Shown here in pieces: positions 39,370 to 46,110 of a DNA stretch of 64,000 nt. The stretch spans positions 1-64,000 of IMG/VR virus record IMGVR_UViG_3300035698_014711. One strand, given 5' to 3'. The stretch comes from a virus. How positions within the stretch are numbered: position 1 is the first letter of the stretch; each line of letters opens with the position of its first letter. The position numbers were made by a program, and so were the translations under genes. The notes under the pieces are model-generated. The model had not been told where the DNA came from. It made no database searches and was given only the letters and a program-made list of their open reading frames with translations.

Positions 39370-41115
39370 TTAAAGAGACAACAAAGCCTCCAATTTATCA
39401 TAGCTGAATGATGAATAAGTCAGATCGTAATCATACTCAACACCAGGTACAGCTACTTTATCATAGCCTACGCCAATCAGGCCAAGAACTTCTTGAAGAG
39501 TAAAGACAGAGTTAAGACCTTTTTCAATCAGAGGGTTCTTTCCGTTTGATGAAACATGCCTATTTCCCGTCCGTCCTGTAAACACAGTAAAGGTTGTGCC
39601 CTTGACAAAGCCAAGGATAACTTCCTTAGACTGCATAGTGAATTCTTCCTGAATGATTGGGTTCTGAATCCACTCCCCTTTGGTCTTTTGACCTACAATC
39701 AATGAAGCCTTACAGCCAATTTCACCAGAGTAAATATTAACATTAAGACCATATTCAGAACCAGAAGAGGAGGTCATGAATTCCATAGCATCAGGGGTAG
39801 GTGTAACAACATCACCAGAATAGATAATCTGTCCGTCAGTATATCCACCAGTGCCGCCCCAGCCTATACGATTTCCATCTTTATCAATAGAAGATAAGTC
39901 AAGATCTCGAGCTCCACCGTCTTTATGCCAATAGATACCAGAAGAGATAGATTCTGCAGCAACGTGGATCTTTGTGCCAAAAGGTAGATTACCCAGAGTC
40001 TGCTTCTGAGAGATTGGAAGACCATAGTCAACATTAGTATCCAGAAGGATTTTCTTATCTTTCAGGTATTCTAGATCAACTTTAATAGAAGAAATAATAG
40101 TATTCTGAAGCTGACCTAATACTTTCAGATCATAGACTTTAACATCTGCAGTCTTTACAAAGAGCTTGCCATTCCGAATATTGAAAACATCTACATCTAG
40201 CTGCTTGCATTTATACTCAACCAGGTTAAGAAATTTGAACTTATCTCGCAGAGAAGCTTTAGATAATAGATCAAGGGGATCTGTAATCTTACCTGCAATA
40301 GCATCAGCAATGAAGGTCTTTGTCCATGACTGCTTGAGCGGAATATGAACTGTTTTGCTCAACCTAGAGATATAGTTAATCTGAGTTTTATTGCTCTTAT
40401 GCTTGACAGACATAATTACTGCTTTGTGTCGGTTAAAGACTTGAGCAAGAGCAAGAGCGTTACGGCTATAAAAGCTTGAAGGAATAAGAGCGGCTGACAT
40501 TTTGCAAGCCTGGAGAACTTCTTTTGATTTAATCAGAAGAGTATCACCTGTTGCTCGATAGATAATATAGCGGACTGCATCATCACCACAATCAAAAGTG
40601 TCATTGTTAGCATCAAAGAGCAATACTCTAAGCTCGTTATTCTCAACAAGATTGACATTGAACTGAATGAGATACCTATCAATGATAGCTTTCAGACCAA
40701 GGACATCCTTGACCGGAGCATTGCTATACATGAGCTTCCGAACTTTATCACCAAGTTCTTCTTCAGTAATGCCGATAACAAACTTTAGAGTAAAAGTAGG
40801 CTCTTGAGTCTCATTTATGATAGTAAAAGAACCACCAAGACCGTCAAGACCCATGCCATAAACTTCGAGATAATGGATGAACTGTGTGGTCAGAAGGTAA
40901 GGAAGTGAAGCCTTTTGTCGTTCTTCCACTGTAAAAAGAGTACGAACTGGGAGCCCACGATCATTATGCTTGAAAAACAATTGTTGCTCAGGAGATGGGT
41001 TAAAGTTTAAAACATAACCATGCGCAATCATAGTAGTAACAAATGCATCTCTTGAAACCTGATCAGCATCAATTACAGTAGCATTAAATAGGTCTAGAAC
41101 TTCTTTCATAATCAT
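39370..41115 (-). CDS. 581-aa protein, helical N-terminus plus TerD-like C-terminal domain
   Basis: GIYW..RDLDLS..IGW..YSGDV..AMEF..VNIYSG resembles TerD-like domains. Confidence 0.6.
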   Translation of the reverse strand: MIMKEVLDLFNATVIDADQVSRDAFVTTMIAHGYVLNFNPSPEQQLFFKHNDRGLPVRTLFTVEERQKASLPYLLTTQFIHYLEVYGMGLDGLGGSFTIINETQEPTFTLKFVIGITEEELGDKVRKLMYSNAPVKDVLGLKAIIDRYLIQFNVNLVENNELRVLLFDANNDTFDCGDDAVRYIIYRATGDTLLIKSKEVLQACKMSAALIPSSFYSRNALALAQVFNRHKAVIMSVKHKSNKTQINYISRLSKTVHIPLKQSWTKTFIADAIAGKITDPLDLLSKASLRDKFKFLNLVEYKCKQLDVDVFNIRNGKLFVKTADVKVYDLKVLGQLQNTIISSIKVDLEYLKDKKILLDTNVDYGLPISQKQTLGNLPFGTKIHVAAESISSGIYWHKDGGARDLDLSSIDKDGNRIGWGGTGGYTDGQIIYSGDVVTPTPDAMEFMTSSSGSEYGLNVNIYSGEIGCKASLIVGQKTKGEWIQNPIIQEEFTMQSKEVILGFVKGTTFTVFTGRTGNRHVSSNGKNPLIEKGLNSVFTLQEVLGLIGVGYDKVAVPGVEYDYDLTYSSFSYDKLEALLSL

Positions 41116-41128
41116 TCCTCTTTCAAAT

Positions 41129-41202
41129 TGGATGTGCGAGCTGGGATCGAACCAGCATTAACGGGGTCAAAGGCCGCTTTCCTGCCATTAGAAGATCGCA
41201 CA
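41129..41202 (-). tRNA. tRNA-Gln(TTG)
   Basis: Cloverleaf, CCA. Confidence 0.9.
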
Positions 41203-41206
41203 ATAA

Positions 41207-41341
41207 TCAATACTTAGTTTTCAGATCAATCTTATCCAGACGTCTCTGAGCTTTCTTTGTTTTTCCGTGAGCTCCACTCTTCCGAAAATGGGCATGGGCT
41301 GCAAACGGATTTCTGTTCTTTGGGCTTGGGCTCTTTTTCAT
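41207..41341 (-). CDS. small basic protein (RNPF..RKSGAHGK.KKA.RR)
   Basis: 44-aa ORF with GAGG RBS below an early promoter. Confidence 0.65.
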   Translation of the reverse strand: MKKSPSPKNRNPFAAHAHFRKSGAHGKTKKAQRRLDKIDLKTKY

Positions 41342-41362
41342 AATCATTTCCTCTGAATATTA

Positions 41363-41392
41363 ACTATAACATAAAGAGGGCATGATGTAAAC
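41363..41392 (-). promoter_or_regulatory. early promoter
   Basis: GTTTACA...TATGTTATAGT. Confidence 0.8.
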
Positions 41393-41587
41393 CTATCTTT
41401 TTGTTTCTCGTGCCTTACATGCTTCATAAATAATCTGATTTCTGTCAGCGTCAGGCAATTTGCTACTTGTTACAAAACAAGAGACTCCCATGAAACCTTT
41501 GATAGTAATTGGAGTTATCTCACGCATCAAGTTATCGAGACTTGTACGGAGTAAGAGCTTCTCAACATCAAATGATTTAGCTGTCAT
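41393..41587 (-). CDS. hypothetical protein
   Basis: Short ORF. Confidence 0.55.
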   Translation of the reverse strand: MTAKSFDVEKLLLRTSLDNLMREITPITIKGFMGVSCFVTSSKLPDADRNQIIYEACKARETKR

Positions 41588-41606
41588 GTTCTATCCATTG
41601 TTAAAT

Positions 41607-41683
41607 TGGTACCCAAGGTGAGAATTGAACTCACAATATTCAATCTTGTAAGAATCGATGGTCCACCAGGACGCGGCTCGGGC
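41607..41683 (-). tRNA. tRNA-Val(TAC)
   Basis: CGATT-CT-TAC-AA-GATTG, ACCA. Confidence 0.8.
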
Positions 41684-41692
41684 ATATAGTAT

Positions 41693-41776
41693 TGGTGCTG
41701 GCCATAGGATTCGAACCTATGACGTTGTTATAACGGATTACAAAACCGTTCCTTTCGGCCTCTCAGGCAGACCAGC
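41693..41776 (-). tRNA. tRNA-Thr(TGT), extended variable region
   Basis: Loop TT-TGT-AA, about 12-nt V region, ACCA. Confidence 0.8.
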
Positions 41777-41780
41777 ATTA

Positions 41781-42059
41781 TTATTCAGGCAGTACCACGC
41801 AGGACAAACCTACAGGACCGGCGTCACCAAAGGCCATCACACAGAAAACATTGTCTGCAGTGGCAGCAGGGAATTCATAGACACGAACATCCCTGCCAAG
41901 TGCCTCAACTCGATAGCCTGTGCTTTCCTGTGTAGGAAGATCACCAACATCAGTTGAGAACCAACCCGCTCCTGCGGCACCAGACATTGAACTAACAGTT
42001 ATTAGAACAACACCAGCGGCAATAGCTAACAAACCTGATGGCTTAACAAAATTCAACAT
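41781..42059 (-). CDS. hypothetical membrane/secreted protein
   Basis: Hydrophobic N-terminus, GGAG RBS. Confidence 0.7.
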   Translation of the reverse strand: MLNFVKPSGLLAIAAGVVLITVSSMSGAAGAGWFSTDVGDLPTQESTGYRVEALGRDVRVYEFPAATADNVFCVMAFGDAGPVGLSCVVLPE

Positions 42060-42084
42060 AGATTCACTCCGTTTAATTTAGATA

Positions 42085-42171
42085 TGGAGGACAGGGTGGG
42101 ATTCGAACCCACGATGGATGTTACTCAACGAATTAAAAGCCCGCTCCTTCGGCCGCTCAGGTCACCTGTCC
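42085..42171 (-). tRNA. tRNA-Lys(TTT), long variable region
   Basis: GCGGG-CT-TTT-AA-TTCGT, 15-nt V region, U73, CCA. Confidence 0.8.
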
Positions 42172-42614
42172 ATATGATGTTGGCAATGTTCCGCAGAACT
42201 TCTTAGCTACTCTCCGCTCGTAGCACCATTAGTCTAGTTAATTTCTTTTTCTTTTTCTTGTAGCATTGCTTTTAAAATAGCAATCAGGAAAGCCTGGCCT
42301 GCACTTTCAGATTTACCTTCGGCATAAGTAGTGCCGGGTCCGCCGGAGAAAGCATTGGTGAGCAGATCTAGGTTTGCTCACCTTATAGTTTAGAAAGTAT
42401 ATTTTACTTCAAGACCTGCCTGTGTGTTGTCTGAAGCTGTATCAAAGGACCGTCGGAGGTAGGAATGACTGTCACTTTATTTATGACCGCCACATCAAGT
42501 CCGAGTTCAACATACCCGCCTGCTCTTGCAAACTGATTGCTTGCATTGAAGCTATAACCTGCTTCAGAGAAGGCAGTTACTTCACCAGAGAAGGCATAAG
42601 CATGGTTAGGCAAT

Positions 42615-42686
42615 TGGTAGTGTCACCGGGTATCGAACCCAGCCTATTCAGATATGAACCAAACGTCTGAACCTATCAGTGACACC
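42615..42686 (-). tRNA. tRNA-CAT (Met or Ile2), short D-arm
   Basis: Loop TT-CAT-AT, ACCA. Confidence 0.7.
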
Positions 42687-42695
42687 ATATTAACT

Positions 42696-42766
42696 TGGAA
42701 CCCCCGGGGAGAATCGAACTCCCCGTCATCGGCTTCGAAAGCCTAGGCCGTCCCAGCGGCGGAGGT
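42696..42766 (-). tRNA. tRNA-Arg(TCG), atypical
   Basis: GGC-TT-TCG-AA-GCC, CCA. Confidence 0.65.
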
Positions 42767-42772
42767 ATAAAT

Positions 42773-42854
42773 TGGCACAGATCTGAGGAATCGAACCCCT
42801 TGTCAGATGGTTTGGAAGCATCCGTCTACCCAGTAGACATTAGACTAGACCTAT
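42773..42854 (-). tRNA. tRNA-Trp(CCA), atypical 8/4 fold
   Basis: Acceptor ATAGGTCT/AGATCTGT, 4-bp T-stem, loop TT-CCA-AA, GCCA. Confidence 0.6.
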
Positions 42855-42948
42855 ATTGTCTATAATATTTGTAGTTTTGTAGATGGTATAGAACATGGTT
42901 TGTACTCATAGTTTTATTGTCACTACTATTTATACAAACCATGCTCTC
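42840..42948 (-). pseudogene. GIY-YIG (seg-like) homing endonuclease relic with regulatory hairpin
   Basis: MFYTIYKTTNIIDNIGLV* (42896-42840); 15-bp stem covering start; TATAAATA at 42927. Confidence 0.75.
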
Positions 42949-42952
42949 TAAG

Positions 42953-43024
42953 TGGACCGCCGGGGAATCGAACCCCGTGACAGCAATCTTGCAAGGATCG
43001 CCCGCTACCCCATAGACGCAGCCC
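42953..43024 (-). tRNA. tRNA-Ala(TGC), no encoded CCA
   Basis: G3:U70, CT-TGC-AA. Confidence 0.85.
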
Positions 43025-43032
43025 ATATTCTT

Positions 43033-43109
43033 TGGTACCCAAGGAGGGACTCGAACCCTCAAGACCTTCCGTTTGGGGAAGTATGCTATTCCTCTTACGT
43101 TGCCTGGGC
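43033..43109 (-). tRNA. atypical tRNA, possibly Leu(CAA), 6-nt anticodon loop
   Basis: CTTCC-CCAAAC-GGAAG; paralog of 44460-44537. Confidence 0.5.
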
Positions 43110-43254
43110 ATATTATTGCTACCTACTCCATAGCTTTCCGATACTCTCTCCTTACGAGTATGACCTCGGAACACGGTGCTCGCGCAGACCTAAGAAGTTA
43201 CCTTCTTCTCATATTTAAAGACCCTCAGGCTGAAACAGGGTCGTAGAAAACTTC

Positions 43255-43329
43255 TGGTGTTGTGCCGGGGAATCGAACCACCGTTGGACCGACCTATACG
43301 GCCGCGCATTAACATTATGCTAGCACAAC
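43255..43329 (-). pseudogene. degenerate tRNA (collapsed anticodon loop GTATA)
   Basis: Perfect acceptor GTTGTGC/GCACAAC, D-arm, GTTCGATT, ACCA. Confidence 0.6.
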
Positions 43330-43333
43330 ATAT

Positions 43334-43423
43334 TGGCGGATGGAGAGGGAGTCGAACCCTCACGGCGCTTAAAGCCCTAACTGCTTTCAAAACAGCGGCC
43401 ACCCCCAATTGGCTTGCCCATCC
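43334..43423 (-). tRNA. tRNA-Ser(TGA)
   Basis: Long V-arm, G73, CCA. Confidence 0.9.
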
Positions 43424-43434
43424 GTATCTTATAA

Positions 43435-43836
43435 TCAATCGAAGTATGTTGGATCATCATGAGGATTACGCTTTTTTGGAGCTCTAGTTGTCTTCTTCTT
43501 TTTCCTCAGTTCATCTGATATTTCATAGTCTATACCAATACCATCATATTCGTCTTCTTCAGCAAAGTTATATGAAATTGCAATGACACCTCTAATACTA
43601 GGAGTCTCAAAAGATTCGTAATCGCCGTTTTTCTTATATGTCCACTTGGAATCACTTTTAAGAGTGGCAATTAATTTCTTAAGCTTCTTACGGTCGGCTT
43701 CATATACATCCGTGAAATTCTTGTCTGCTTTTTCAGTTGTCCCGCCAGTTATTTTCACGGCCATTTTAATAACAGTAGCTAAATCTTCTGTATTAGCTTC
43801 ATTAAGAGAATGCATCAATTCTTTAAAGGTTTTCAT
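43435..43836 (-). CDS. hypothetical late protein (MKTFKE type)
   Basis: TATAAATA at 43863 and AGGA RBS upstream. Confidence 0.7.
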   Translation of the reverse strand: MKTFKELMHSLNEANTEDLATVIKMAVKITGGTTEKADKNFTDVYEADRKKLKKLIATLKSDSKWTYKKNGDYESFETPSIRGVIAISYNFAEEDEYDGIGIDYEISDELRKKKKTTRAPKKRNPHDDPTYFD

Positions 43837-43890
43837 ACGATATCCTATTCTATGATTTAAAGTATTTATACATTCATACATTCAAAGAAT

Positions 43891-43971
43891 TGGTACTAGG
43901 TGGTAGGTGGTAGAATTGAACTACGCATCAACATCCTTCACAGGGATGAGACCTCACCAGAGGAACCTAGC
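43891..43971 (-). tRNA. tRNA-His(GTG), A73, with 7-nt duplication near the 3' end
   Basis: CATCC-CT-GTG-AA-GGATG; CTACCAC repeated before CTAGTACCA. Confidence 0.7.
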
Positions 43972-44123
43972 ATGATAAACTTGTGGGTCTTATACATTCG
44001 GTTAACCCTTCAGCTGATTGAGTTTCAACACCAGCGAGTAAAGCGCGTTGCGAACATCACGCGGCATGGTAGAAATTGGACCGATACAATGTCCTAAGCG
44101 TCTTTCGATAATCTGTCGGGCAG

Positions 44124-44381
44124 TCATTCGCAGGCCCCCATAAGCATTTCATCTGATGGGCCATTAATGTAATTTTGTGTTTCCAGTAAATCACCGGCAG
44201 TACCAAAGTAAAGCATTAATGAATTGTCATGGTATTCATCAAATGCTGGGCCACCTACGAGGTTAGGGCCACTTTCAGCATTACCATTGTCATGATAATC
44301 TTCATTATAGGCAGTGTGCGTGAAGCCTGCTTCAATCAAGAAAGCGTGGGACGTGCTAAACGGTGTTCTATTATCAGACAT
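44124..44381 (-). CDS. hypothetical early protein
   Basis: Below early promoter, AAGGA RBS. Confidence 0.65.
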   Translation of the reverse strand: MSDNRTPFSTSHAFLIEAGFTHTAYNEDYHDNGNAESGPNLVGGPAFDEYHDNSLMLYFGTAGDLLETQNYINGPSDEMLMGACE

Positions 44382-44412
44382 TTGGTTAATCCTTTGGTTT
44401 GGTTATAAGTTA

Positions 44413-44442
44413 ACCATAACATAACCAGAGACATATGTAAAC
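44413..44442 (-). promoter_or_regulatory. early promoter
   Basis: GTTTACA...TATGTTATGGT. Confidence 0.7.
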
Positions 44443-44459
44443 AACTAAATGATATATTT

Positions 44460-44537
44460 TGGTACCCAAGGAGGGACTCGAACCCTCAGACCTCACCTTC
44501 TAAGGGTGATATGCTATTCCACTTACATCGCAGGGGC
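44460..44537 (-). tRNA. tRNA-Leu(TAG), short variable arm, mismatched acceptor
   Basis: TCACC-CT-TAG-AA-GGTGA, ACCA. Confidence 0.7.
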
Positions 44538-44547
44538 ATGATAAACT

Positions 44548-44623
44548 TGGTACCTGAGGAGGGAATTGAACTCTCTCATAAACACTAATCAGGTGCTCGT
44601 CTTTCCATTAGACAGTCTCAGGC
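44548..44623 (-). tRNA. tRNA-Ile(GAT)
   Basis: AGCAC-CT-GAT-TA-GTGTT, ACCA. Confidence 0.85.
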
Positions 44624-44627
44624 ATAT

Positions 44628-44702
44628 TGGTAGCGGGGTCAGGAATTTAACCTGAAGGAAGACGTGGTAATGAGCCAGTCTTGAGAAACATCTCTCCCCG
44701 CA
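44628..44702 (-). tRNA. initiator-like tRNA-Met(CAT), degenerate
   Basis: GCGGGG/CCCCGC with 1:72 mismatch, CT-CAT-TA, ACCA. Confidence 0.6.
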
Positions 44703-44730
44703 CAAACTTTATAAGGTTCTTCCAGGGTGC

Positions 44731-44844
44731 CAGCCCTATGTAAATCATACCATTGATTATATTAGTAGTTTTGTAAATTGTGTAGTGCAAGAGAAGTACC
44801 TATAGTTTTACCATATAGTACTATCTATACTTCTCTTGCACTCT
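44731..44844 (-). pseudogene. second GIY-YIG homing endonuclease relic with regulatory hairpin
   Basis: TTG 44790: HYTIYKTTNIINGMIYIGL; perfect 15-bp IR 44784-44798/44828-44842. Confidence 0.8.
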
Positions 44845-44846
44845 AT

Positions 44847-44919
44847 TAAAGCATACGGGATTCGAACCCGTGTTCACCGGGTGAAAACCGGCGCGTCCTT
44901 TCCAATAGACGAATGCTTC
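44847..44919 (-). tRNA. tRNA-Glu(TTC), no encoded CCA
   Basis: GCCGG-TT-TTC-AC-CCGGT. Confidence 0.88.
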
Positions 44920-44934
44920 ATAATGATGAAATTT

Positions 44935-44964
44935 ATTATAACATAATCTAATGCCTATGTAAAC
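44935..44964 (-). promoter_or_regulatory. early promoter
   Basis: GTTTACA...TATGTTATAAT. Confidence 0.8.
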
Positions 44965-44972
44965 AAAAGATT

Positions 44973-45067
44973 TGGTAGGCGCGGTGGGCATCGAACCCAC
45001 GGTGTGATCATTAATCTGTAGCAGATTTTAAGTCTGCCGCGTTTCAGCCAAACTTCGCCACGCGCCC
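44973..45067 (-). tRNA. tRNA-Leu(TAA)
   Basis: Long V-arm, ACCA. Confidence 0.92.
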
Positions 45068-45075
45068 GTTGTAAT

Positions 45076-45149
45076 TGGTGCTCCCGGAAGGAATCGAACC
45101 TTCGTGCGTCGGCTTAGAAGACCTTGCTTGGTAAACCACCAGCGGGAGC
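45076..45149 (-). tRNA. tRNA-Arg(TCT)
   Basis: CT-TCT-AA, ACCA. Confidence 0.8.
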
Positions 45150-45156
45150 AATTAGT

Positions 45157-45232
45157 TGGTGCTGCCCCACAGAATTGAACTGTGGTTTTCGGCTCTTCAG
45201 ACCGACGTGAGCACCAGCCTCACCAGAGCAGC
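45157..45232 (-). tRNA. tRNA-Phe(GAA)
   Basis: Cloverleaf, ACCA. Confidence 0.9.
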
Positions 45233-45238
45233 ATATTT

Positions 45239-45314
45239 TGGTCACTGTGGTAGGTCTCGAACCTACGATCTCCTAGTTCCAAACCAGGCGACTTACCTAC
45301 TAGCCTACACAGAG
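45239..45314 (-). tRNA. tRNA-Pro(TGG)
   Basis: Cloverleaf, ACCA. Confidence 0.9.
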
Positions 45315-45321
45315 ATAATCT

Positions 45322-45406
45322 TGGTGGGAGAGTGAGAAGTTGAATCTCTCGCTTTTACACTCAGGGTTTACAGTCCGTCTGTGGATACCCTCCACTGAAC
45401 CCTCCC
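45322..45406 (-). tRNA. tRNA-Tyr(GTA)
   Basis: CT-GTA-AA, V-arm, ACCA. Confidence 0.78.
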
Positions 45407-45420
45407 AGGTTCTTAGTTAT

Positions 45421-45494
45421 TGGCGGCCCTGTGGGTAATCGAAACCCAATCTTCTCGCAGACAACGAGTAATAATACCTTTATACGACAGGGCC
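45421..45494 (-). tRNA. tRNA-Asp(GTC)
   Basis: Cloverleaf, GCCA. Confidence 0.88.
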
Positions 45495-45546
45495 AAATGT
45501 CAGCCGGGAAATTCTTTATTGCCGCCGGATCGGTCAAATTGCAATT

Positions 45547-45617
45547 TGGAGCGGGTAGAGGGAATCGAACCCTCTCCTTGAGTGTGGCACACTTGTTGGC
45601 TCCATAGCCTTACCCGC
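45547..45617 (-). tRNA. tRNA-Gly(GCC), reduced D-loop
   Basis: GCGGGTA/TACCCGC, U73; paralog of 38785-38856. Confidence 0.78.
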
Positions 45618-45632
45618 ATTTAAACTACATTG

Positions 45633-45718
45633 CTCTCCACCTTGGAATCGAACCAAGCATCGGATCTCTCACGTCAACTGATTAACAGTCAGCTCGCCCA
45701 CCTTGAGCGCTGTAGAGA
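45633..45718 (-). tRNA. tRNA-Asn(GTT), long variable region, no CCA, inside an extended stem
   Basis: GCTGA-CT-GTT-AA-TCAGT; flanks pair 45621-45731. Confidence 0.8.
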
Positions 45719-45734
45719 GCAATATAGTTTATTG

Positions 45735-45893
45735 TATTACCATTAGTCTTCCACGGGCATTACAGCCGGTGTTCCTGTCCTCTCAACGGATATCCTCACG
45801 GGCCGAAGTAGAGTTAGAAGGGTCACTCCCGAGGTGGTTAGTCCTCATTATGACGAGCTGATGTGGAACTTATTGTTCCGACCCTGTGTTTCC
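45735..45893 (-). ncRNA. structured RNA candidate at the 5' end of the tRNA transcript
   Basis: GGGTC/GACCC enclosing GGAAC/GTTCC and CTCGT/ATGAG hairpins; GC-rich, no ORF. Confidence 0.45.
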
Positions 45894-45901
45894 TTAATTA
45901 T

Positions 45902-45931
45902 TGTATAACATAACCTTTTGTCACTGTAAAC
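45902..45931 (-). promoter_or_regulatory. early promoter for the tRNA array
   Basis: GTTTACA...TATGTTATACA. Confidence 0.7.
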
Positions 45932-45940
45932 CACTAAATG

Positions 45941-45973
45941 CAAAAACCTCAGTCTTTTTAGAAGACTGAGGTT
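45941..45973 (-). terminator. intrinsic terminator (putative attenuator)
   Basis: AACCTCAGTCTT-CTAAA-AAGACTGAGGTT-TTTG. Confidence 0.85.
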
Positions 45974-46000
45974 GCAAAATTACTTTATGTAAATTTGATC

Positions 46001-46087
46001 TCAGCAGCAGTATACCTCAATATCTCTCCCAAAGGAGAGGCGTGTCGGTAAGCCTGAATAATTTGATTTTTGCCAATGGGCTGTCAT
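46001..46087 (-). CDS. 28-aa leader peptide containing all 20 amino acids
   Basis: MTAHWQKSNYSGLPTRLSFGRDIEVYCC*, AGGA RBS, upstream of terminator and tRNA array. Confidence 0.8.
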   Translation of the reverse strand: MTAHWQKSNYSGLPTRLSFGRDIEVYCC

Positions 46088-46110
46088 AATAGTTCCTGTT
46101 GGGAGGAATA

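Noticed and set aside
42180-42613. tmRNA or a confident CDS
   Set aside because: No tRNA-like tmRNA ends, only one clear hairpin (42357-42382), and the 69-aa ORF lacks an RBS; left unassigned.
42826-43487. ORF-track calls overlapping tRNA genes (also 36627, 41658, 43900 and the 5' part of 35951..36160)
   Set aside because: They are translations of tRNA sequence.
42865-44844. Novel two-copy ncRNA family
   Set aside because: The shared flank translates to a GIY-YIG N-terminus, so homing endonuclease relics explain it better.
45735-45893. Twister or hammerhead ribozyme
   Set aside because: A partial TAACTCTAC resemblance, but I could not build the pseudoknots or catalytic core.
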